Below are positions 1 to 4,516 of a stretch of 5,860 bases of DNA, piece by piece. The stretch's first letter is position 1. Every line of letters begins with the position of its first letter. The notes under the pieces are model-generated. The model made no database searches. It was not told the DNA's origin and worked only from the letters and a program-made list of their open reading frames with translations. The DNA comes from a virus. The DNA lies in the IMG/VR virus record IMGVR_UViG_3300045988_062519, positions 1 to 5,860 of that record; one strand, 5' to 3'. A program made the translations under genes and the position numbers.

Positions 1-119
1 CGCCTAAATTTGCGAACTGCGGGAAATAATAGTCGAGTGTATCTTGTCTGCTCCAAAAGCGTTCAATTCCTTGCTGGTAGGTTCTATCATGACGCACGCA
101 CATAACACCAATTACGAAG
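1..119. repeat. Terminal redundancy (left copy) from linearising a circular assembly
   Basis: cgcctaaatttgcgaactgcgggaaataatagtcgag...caccaattacgaag at 1-119 is identical by eye to 5742-5860. Confidence 0.95.
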
Positions 120-1375
120 CCGTGCTCTTCGAAACTCTTTGTGAAACTGTTTTCTGTAAAAGGTGTTACGCTGATTGCAGATGCATTGCCCTGAGGACTT
201 GTTTCCGTTGATGCACTTGTCTGCACAACCTGTGATATGTTAATCATATAACGACCGCCACCAAGGTATTCCGGGATTTGTACTGTTTTGTCGCTGATTA
301 ACGTTCCAAACATCGAGCGAATAATCTCTCTGTATCTGCTTCCGCCCCGTGCTAGTGCTTCGTAATAGTGCTGCACTGCAAATGCCTGCCTTAGTTCGTT
401 AATTGTCGTTGCTTCCACGTTGCTTAAATCCGCATACAGTTTTCCGGCATCGAATTGGCTTCCGCTGCCCATATTCCGTCTTACTCTGATGTCGGGTTCT
501 TCGTTGCTCGATCGGTTTACAAGTCGGTCTCCGTTGGTGCCACCCAGTCCGATATCGAATGCATACTCGCTCCATGTGATAGCTCCTACTCCATTGCTCT
601 CGTCCATTCCAATTGGTGCTGCGCCTGTTAATTGGATATTCACAGCCGGCCCTTTTTGGGGTTCCGGCAGAGCACTTGTAAAATAGTCGTGGAATTTAGC
701 AACTGGTAATGTCTCCATTCCACGGATTGCTGTTTCGTTTTTGAAGGTGTCTGTTGCTTTTTCTTTTTCTCCGGTCACCCACGCTGTGTTAGCGCTTGAT
801 GTGTTGCCCTTTTCCTCTGTTACTGGTTCCTGTAGATTTTGGTCTCTGAACCACTCGTTCCAGATTTTCACGTATCCACGAATTGGCAGTGAGTTCACTG
901 CGTAGGTTCTTCCGGAACCCGGGTTGATCTTTGTTGGAATCCCCATATAGTCGAGTATGGAGCCTTCTTCCGGTGCTATTTTTGCTTCGCTTTCTTGGGT
1001 GCTGCCGTCTGCTTTCAGTGCGTAACGTGTGATTGCTGTCTGCGGTATACTGTATTTGATTTCCTGTTTCCATGCGTTGGTTGTGTTTTCTCCCATGAAC
1101 TCTTTCCAATGCTCCCATACAATGCGGTTAGGCACGAAGAAATAGTATAGGTCAAGATAGCAGTTGTCCATGACCGGGAAGATTGGCGTGCTCATGCGAA
1201 CAATTCCTGCTGTGTCCACAGAGAAGGTATCACCCGGTAGAACTTCGTCCACATAGAATGGGATTAATTTCCCTGCATCGAATGTGAGTTTGATATTTTG
1301 GTCTCTTTTAAATCGGCTTCTGCTGATTTTTGTTTGCGGAATTTGATTAAAGTGTGCTTCGTTGTTTCTGTTCAC
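1..1375 (-). CDS. VP1: Major capsid protein VP1 (phiX174 F homologue), N-terminal ~458 codons; continues across the circular junction into 5395-5741
   Basis: Absent from the ORF track because it runs off the left edge. Manual translation from GTG at 1375-1373 gives (M)NRNNEAHFNQIPQTKISRSRFKRDQNIKLTFDAGKLIPFYVDEVLPGDTFSVDTAGIVRMSTPIFPVMDNCYLDLYYFFVPNRIVWEHWKEFMGEN... The frame stayed open to base 1 in my hand translation. Hallmark microvirus capsid motifs are present: LPIRGYVKIWNEWFRDQNLQ, TINELRQAFAVQHYYEALARGGSRYREIIRSMFG, IPEYLGGGR. An in-frame TGA three codons upstream of the GTG excludes a longer form. The first in-frame ATG would delete ~56 conserved residues. SD AAAGGA lies 9 nt upstream. 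The frame matches the 5395-5844 ORF (1375-103=1272=3x424). Total length is 1722 nt, giving 573 aa. Confidence 0.95.
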   Translation of the reverse strand, partial: MNRNNEAHFNQIPQTKISRSRFKRDQNIKLTFDAGKLIPFYVDEVLPGDTFSVDTAGIVRMSTPIFPVMDNCYLDLYYFFVPNRIVWEHWKEFMGENTTNAWKQEIKYSIPQTAITRYALKADGSTQESEAKIAPEEGSILDYMGIPTKINPGSGRTYAVNSLPIRGYVKIWNEWFRDQNLQEPVTEEKGNTSSANTAWVTGEKEKATDTFKNETAIRGMETLPVAKFHDYFTSALPEPQKGPAVNIQLTGAAPIGMDESNGVGAITWSEYAFDIGLGGTNGDRLVNRSSNEEPDIRVRRNMGSGSQFDAGKLYADLSNVEATTINELRQAFAVQHYYEALARGGSRYREIIRSMFGTLISDKTVQIPEYLGGGRYMINISQVVQTSASTETSPQGNASAISVTPFTENSFTKSFEEHGFVIGVMCVRHDRTYQQGIERFWSRQDTLDYYFPQFANLG

Positions 1376-1377
1376 TC

Positions 1378-1836
1378 TTATTCATCCTTTCTTTCGTCAT
1401 TTTGCTGATTGCTTTCTTCCGATCCGGCCTTGTTGCTTTCATTGTTGCTTTCATTGTTTTTGTTGTTTTGCATAGTTTTCTTGGCTTTCAGCTCTTCGTT
1501 GATTTTCTCAATTGTTTTTCCGGCTTCGTCTGCTCTGTGCTTCAGCTCATGGATATTTTCTGGATAGTCTGTGATATCCGTGTATTCTCCGGTATTTGCT
1601 CCTTGCGCGAGACTTTGCGCGAATGCTGGGTCAAATGATGCTCGCGCTACGATGTTTTTAATGTCGCATTCGTCTGCATAGCTTTCGATTTCTGCTTGTC
1701 GGTCTATGTCTGCGTCACGTTTGAGATGTTCTGTTCCGTCTTCTGCTTTTACCCATTTGTAGGTATCTCGCATTCTGTCGCCGGGTTCGCTTGGCTTTGC
1801 TTTTGGCAGATCAAACTTGCTGAATACTTTACTCAT
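1378..1836 (-). CDS. VP3: Internal scaffolding protein VP3 (152 aa)
   Basis: This is the distal part of the 222-aa track ORF. I place the start at MSKVFSKFDLPK (ATG 1836-1834), which has SD GGGAGGG 8 nt upstream. The motif SYADECDIKNIVAR plus GEYTDITDYPENIHELKHRADEA resembles the gokushovirus VP3 consensus (..ECDIxNIV.. then ..DftD.pDy.ea). The 70 residues upstream are W/R/C-rich and overlap the 80-aa gene in another frame. The stop lies 2 nt before the VP1 GTG. Confidence 0.8.
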   Translation of the reverse strand: MSKVFSKFDLPKAKPSEPGDRMRDTYKWVKAEDGTEHLKRDADIDRQAEIESYADECDIKNIVARASFDPAFAQSLAQGANTGEYTDITDYPENIHELKHRADEAGKTIEKINEELKAKKTMQNNKNNESNNESNKAGSEESNQQNDERKDE

Positions 1837-2071
1837 TCGGCTTGCCCTCCCACACCTTTGATAGTTCTGCTGGTTCAAATGTGCCGTTATCATCGTCGAA
1901 GTATCCACAGTGGAATGCCACATAGTCTCCCGGATTCTGTCCAATGAAAGTTTTTTCGTCTTTTGCCAGCGCATTGCACATTCGTGCCATGGTTTCCGGG
2001 TTTTCGCTTTCGCATACGTGTACGAATTTCTTTGCCACCTTGTCACGGATTGTAAAGTACATGTGTTTCAC
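1829..2071 (-). CDS. Small conserved gokushovirus non-structural protein (80 aa; ORF5/VP5-like pattern), function unknown
   Basis: GTG start at 2071 with SD GGGGAGGA 8 nt upstream. An alternative ATG at 2062 has no SD at proper spacing. YFTIRDKVAKKF...ARMCNALAKD...NPGDYVAFHCGYFDDDNGTFEP fits the F-T-I-x-D...A-R-x-F...P-x-D-Y...G-x-F-D-D-x-x-G pattern I recall for small microvirus proteins. Its stop overlaps the VP3 start (ATGAGTAA). Confidence 0.7.
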   Translation of the reverse strand: MKHMYFTIRDKVAKKFVHVCESENPETMARMCNALAKDEKTFIGQNPGDYVAFHCGYFDDDNGTFEPAELSKVWEGKPNE

Positions 2072-2187
2072 AGTCGAGTTCCTCCCCTCATCGGCTTACT
2101 CTTTACGTTGATTTTTTTTGTTTTGGTCGCTGTTTTGTTGTAGATTTTGGCGTCTTTGCCTTTATTTGTTCGCGTTCTGTGTGCCAT
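2068..2187 (-). CDS. 39-aa highly basic protein, candidate ssDNA-binding/packaging protein (phiX174 J / gokushovirus VP8-ORF8 analogue)
   Basis: Not in the track because it is too short. ATG at 2187-2185 is preceded by TAAGGAGGA (10-nt spacer). Translation: MAHRTRTNKGKDAKIYNKTATKTKKINVKSKPMRGGTRL. It has 13 K/R against one D. Its stop TGA overlaps the GTG of the next gene (GTGA). It overlaps the 3' end of the 87-aa ORF by 26 nt in another frame. Confidence 0.65.
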   Translation of the reverse strand: MAHRTRTNKGKDAKIYNKTATKTKKINVKSKPMRGGTRL

Positions 2188-2425
2188 CTGTATATATCCT
2201 CCTTAGTAGTTCTAGATATTCTCTCCTTAGTAGTTCTTGTTGAATGTCGTGTGCTATTGCTTTCATGTTCCAGATGCTATCTATCATTTTTTTTGCATCT
2301 TCTATGTTGCTTAGTCTTTTAAGCAATTTGTAGTTTTTTTCAATATCTTTGTATAGTTTTCCTGCCTTTTGTTGAAGTTCTTCTTCGGTCTGGTCTCTTA
2401 CGTTCCAACTTTTATGAAGACTCAT
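2162..2425 (-). CDS. Hypothetical 87-aa helical/coiled-coil-like protein
   Basis: ATG at 2425 with SD AAAGGAG 8 nt upstream. It is tightly packed between neighbouring genes on the same strand. The sequence is charged and heptad-like: EEELQQKAGKLYKDIEKNYKLLKRL...QQELLRREYLELLRRIY. I recognise no domain. Confidence 0.6.
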   Translation of the reverse strand: MSLHKSWNVRDQTEEELQQKAGKLYKDIEKNYKLLKRLSNIEDAKKMIDSIWNMKAIAHDIQQELLRREYLELLRRIYTDGTQNANK

Positions 2426-2430
2426 TGTCG

Positions 2431-2544
2431 TTACTCCTTTACTTCGGTGTTGATGACTGCGTGATAGATTTTGTCCAGCATTTCCAGAATCTGCATCATG
2501 ATGCGGATTGCCTCCTTGACGTCTTTAATGCTGATAAGCGCCAT
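2431..2544 (-). CDS. Hypothetical 37-aa protein
   Basis: Not in the track. ATG at 2544-2542 lies 4 nt after the peptidase stop, with AAAGGGGGTG upstream. Translation: MALISIKDVKEAIRIMMQILEMLDKIYHAVINTEVKE (amphipathic-helix-like). Its stop TAA is 5 nt before the next ATG. It fills an otherwise unexplained gap in a very compact genome. Confidence 0.4.
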   Translation of the reverse strand: MALISIKDVKEAIRIMMQILEMLDKIYHAVINTEVKE

Positions 2545-2547
2545 TTT

Positions 2548-2940
2548 TTACACCCCCTTTCTGTATTTCGTTTGGCGTGTGTCGATGTGTACCCAGTTGT
2601 CGTATACTATGATTCCGCAACTGTTTGGCACGATTTTGTCGAGCACTTTTGCCAGCTCTTTTGGGCTTACTCCGTTTGCTCTAATGTCAGCTGCCATACC
2701 TCTTGTATGGTAGCTGTACTTTGCACCGCCGACTTTTGCGTTGTGGCTTACTGTGCGGTATCCGCTTGTGATTATAATCGGTTTTTTCATTTTGTTCCTT
2801 GCGATATCAAGGAGTTCTACTAACCAGCCGTCAACAAATACGATTGGTGTATTATCTTTACAGGCAAATTCTTTTACTTTGAAATGACTTGCAATATTTT
2901 CGTTTCCTTGCGTTTCCATTACATATGATTTGATTTCCAT
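2548..2940 (-). CDS. Zinc metallopeptidase, M15 family (Peptidase_M15_3 / YcbK-like fold), endolysin-like cell-wall peptidase (130 aa)
   Basis: This is the distal part of the 181-aa track ORF. I place the start at MEIKSYVMETQ (ATG 2940) with SD AAAGGAG 10 nt upstream. Catalytic signature: IIITSGYRTVSHNAKVGGAKYSYHTRGMAADI (SGYR, then H-x6-D) followed by NWVHID (the third Zn ligand, His). There is no signal peptide or TM segment, and no separate wall-binding domain. Confidence 0.88.
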   Translation of the reverse strand: MEIKSYVMETQGNENIASHFKVKEFACKDNTPIVFVDGWLVELLDIARNKMKKPIIITSGYRTVSHNAKVGGAKYSYHTRGMAADIRANGVSPKELAKVLDKIVPNSCGIIVYDNWVHIDTRQTKYRKGV

Positions 2941-3059
2941 TTTTTGCTTTCTCCTTTCATGTCTTTGACCATTTGTACCATGAGGATTATAAGTGATGCT
3001 GTTGCTGCTGTCATTCCGATTATTGCGATTATGATTCCGACTGCTGCAAGTGTTTCCAT
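2919..3059 (-). CDS. 46-aa single-pass membrane protein, holin-like
   Basis: Not in the track. ATG at 3059-3057 with SD AAGAGGT 7 nt upstream. Translation: METLAAVGIIIAIIGMTAATASLIILMVQMVKDMKGESKKWKSNHM. It has one hydrophobic segment of ~24 residues followed by a charged, lysine-rich tail. It is the first gene after the promoter and overlaps the peptidase start by 22 nt. It competes with the low-complexity N-terminal extension of the 181-aa ORF, which lacks an SD. Confidence 0.6.
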   Translation of the reverse strand: METLAAVGIIIAIIGMTAATASLIILMVQMVKDMKGESKKWKSNHM

Positions 3060-3095
3060 GTTCTTTACCTCTTTTCTGCTCTGCATTTATCATGC

Positions 3096-3133
3096 ATTAT
3101 AAGTATTATATGCCTTGTTATGTCTTTTTTCAA
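3096..3133 (-). promoter_or_regulatory. Sigma-70/sigmaA-type promoter driving the lysis/structural operon
   Basis: Minus strand reads TTGAAA (3133-3128), a 17-nt spacer, then TATAAT (3110-3105). A second TATAAT sits 3 nt downstream (3101-3096). The element is ~40-50 nt upstream of the first ATG (3059). Confidence 0.6.
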
Positions 3134-3158
3134 GTCTTGTAATTGTTTTTTAATTTTT

Positions 3159-3209
3159 ACTATGCAAACTGGCAAGGTTGCTGAAAGCAATTTTGCCAGT
3201 TTGCATAGT
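3159..3209. repeat. Large inverted repeat / hairpin (17-bp perfect stem, 2-nt mismatch, 4-bp stem, 5-nt loop)
   Basis: actatgcaaactggcaa (3159-3175) is the exact reverse complement of ttgccagtttgcatagt (3193-3209). The inner pair ttgc/gcaa (3178-3181 and 3187-3190) encloses the loop tgaaa. Confidence 0.85.
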
Positions 3210-3247
3210 TGCCCGCGGCAGGCGTTTTTAATAGTTTCCACATAGTT

Positions 3248-3330
3248 TTCAACAATTCAACATTGTTAAATTTTATCACAATAGAGTCTTTCAACAATTT
3301 AACAAGTTTTCAACAATTCTTTCAACATTG
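3248..3330. repeat. Iteron-like array: five direct copies of TTCAACA(A/T)T(T/G)
   Basis: TTCAACAATT occurs at 3248, 3290 and 3309. TTCAACATTG occurs at 3256 and 3321. On the coding strand each copy reads (A/C)A(A/T)TGTTGAA. Confidence 0.8.
3270..3297 (-). promoter_or_regulatory. Possible second promoter with extended -10, overlapping one repeat copy
   Basis: Minus strand reads TTGTTG (3297-3292), a 16-nt spacer, then TAAAAT (3275-3270), preceded by TGA (the TGnTAAAAT extended -10 form). Confidence 0.3.
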
Positions 3331-3442
3331 TTTTTTGCTTCTTTTTTACGATGTTACGTTAAAAATAATATGTTTTCCACTTTTCCACAGTCCCTACTAC
3401 TACGACTACAACAAGCAATAATATAAGCAATTATATCAAATA

Positions 3443-3473
3443 AGCCCAGTACCTACTTGATAGGTACTGGGCT
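3443..3473 (-). terminator. 13-bp perfect stem / 5-nt loop hairpin 20 nt after the VP4 stop; candidate end-of-operon terminator
   Basis: agcccagtaccta (3443-3455), loop cttga, taggtactgggct (3461-3473). On the coding strand it is followed by TATTTGATAT, a moderate U-tract. Confidence 0.5.
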
Positions 3474-3493
3474 AGGTGACACCATAGCATGAA

Positions 3494-4516
3494 TTATAGC
3501 TTTCCTGATTTGTGCATCTTCTTTTTTGTTATTCTTTCTTTTGTTTGTAATTCTGTTGCGTAGTCAATCCCTTCATATGTGTATCGGTTCGATTCAATTA
3601 TTTTGGCTTGTCGTTCTTTTTTAATTTCCCATAGTTTTTGTGGGTTTTCTTGTTCCATCATTTTTTCGTAGAATCTTGGGATTTTTGCTCTTTTTCCGTT
3701 TGTGCATTGGATATAGCCTTTTTCCCAGATTTCTTTTTTGTGTTCTTCGTACCATTTGTCACCGATTCCCGGTTTAAGTGACATTTTCGCGAATGGCTTT
3801 GTTTGGCCTAGTTCATAGTAACTGTTTGCTTTTTTTTCGTCTATTTCATACATTTTTTTTGTAACGTATCCTGCTACATATCTGTAGGTTTCCGGCACTG
3901 CTTGGGCTATTTGGATTTGACCCATTTTCCACAGATCTACTAGTGTTTTGCTTGTAAAGTATCCGTTGCATCTTTTTTTGTAAATTGGTTCTAGATCTGT
4001 TGGTTTCCATCCATATAAAATTAGGTGATAGTGTGGTCTTGCTGTTTTTTCTCCGTATTCACCCGCGCAGAAGTATCTTATCTCGTTTCCTGTGGCCTTT
4101 CTCAGCCTTTTTAAAAATTTTTGAATATCCGTATAGAGCAAGATTTGGACGCTTTCTGGACGTTCTGCGCCCGGTCTCCACGTGTATTTTACTTTTCGCA
4201 GTATTTCCCCTGTTTTGATTATCATTCCCGGTACGTGTTCATCGTCATAAGTTAGTGTTACAAACCATACTTGATTCTTCGGATACATTCTCGCTTCCAT
4301 TTCAATTCTTGTCGTCCAGTCCTCACGTTGTGCTATTCTGCATCCTATGCATTGTCCACATGGGATTAACATGACGTCTTTTCTGTACATTAGGTCTTCG
4401 TATCTCAGGTTTTTGTGTGCCCTTTCTTTACAAAAACGCGAGAGAGTATAAACTCTCCCGCTGATTTCTTTGTTTTCAGGGCAGTAAAACCGGATAAGTG
4501 GTTTACTGCATCCCAT
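3494..4516 (-). CDS. VP4: Replication initiation protein VP4 (HUH rolling-circle endonuclease, phiX174 A homologue), 340 aa
   Basis: CGQCIGCR zinc-finger-like motif; FVTLTYDDEH (motif 1); RPHYHLILYG (HUH motif); YVAGYVTKKM (the Y-x3-Y catalytic tyrosine pair, as in phiX174 A). SD GGGGAG lies 7 nt upstream. The start overlaps the VP2 stop (TAATG). Confidence 0.95.
   Translation of the reverse strand: MGCSKPLIRFYCPENKEISGRVYTLSRFCKERAHKNLRYEDLMYRKDVMLIPCGQCIGCRIAQREDWTTRIEMEARMYPKNQVWFVTLTYDDEHVPGMIIKTGEILRKVKYTWRPGAERPESVQILLYTDIQKFLKRLRKATGNEIRYFCAGEYGEKTARPHYHLILYGWKPTDLEPIYKKRCNGYFTSKTLVDLWKMGQIQIAQAVPETYRYVAGYVTKKMYEIDEKKANSYYELGQTKPFAKMSLKPGIGDKWYEEHKKEIWEKGYIQCTNGKRAKIPRFYEKMMEQENPQKLWEIKKERQAKIIESNRYTYEGIDYATELQTKERITKKKMHKSGKL

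Noticed and set aside
1-119. The 119-bp terminal direct repeats read as LTRs or ends of a mobile element
   Set aside because: The repeat lies in the middle of the capsid reading frame, which closes perfectly across it. This is the usual signature of a circular contig written out linearly with overlap.
789-1118. Minus-strand alternative-frame ORFs nested in VP1 and VP2 (789-1118, 5349-5576, 4644-4850), considered as phiX174-style embedded genes such as an E-like amurin
   Set aside because: None has a transmembrane segment; they are R/K/H/Q-rich. The two starts I inspected (1118 and 5576) have no SD upstream. The genome already has a plausible lysis cassette. Conservation analysis could revisit this.
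1837-2046. Long 222-aa form of the VP3 ORF, starting at 2046
   Set aside because: The extra 70 residues are W/R/C/H-rich and overlap the 80-aa conserved gene in another frame. A strong SD (GGGAGGG) sits exactly in front of the internal MSKVF start, and the upstream gene's stop overlaps it (ATGAGTAA).
2941-3093. Long 181-aa form of the peptidase ORF, starting at 3093
   Set aside because: The extension (MINAEQKRGKEHGNTCSSRNHNRNNRNDSSNS...) is low-complexity. Its ATG sits within or immediately after the -10 elements with no SD. The same DNA encodes an SD-preceded TM protein in another frame, and the MEIKSYV start has its own AAAGGAG.
3211-3230. GC-rich mini-hairpin tgcc-cgc-ggca followed by ttttta on the plus strand, read as a plus-strand terminator
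   Set aside because: The stem is only 4 bp with a 3-nt loop, and there are no credible plus-strand genes to terminate.
3248-3330. The repeat array read as a CRISPR array
   Set aside because: The units are only 10 nt, partly abutting and irregularly spaced, with no spacer-like unique segments of uniform length and no cas context.
3359-3418. 19-aa minus-strand mini-ORF (TTG start, LVVVVVVGTVEKWKTYYF) in the control region
   Set aside because: It has no SD and a non-ATG start. The hydrophobic run comes from a GTA/GTC triplet repeat. It is most likely non-coding.
3209-3421. 70-aa plus-strand ORF inside the control region
   Set aside because: It has a TTG-type start and an F/N-rich low-complexity product generated by the TTCAACAATT repeats. 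It is on the non-coding strand and has no SD.
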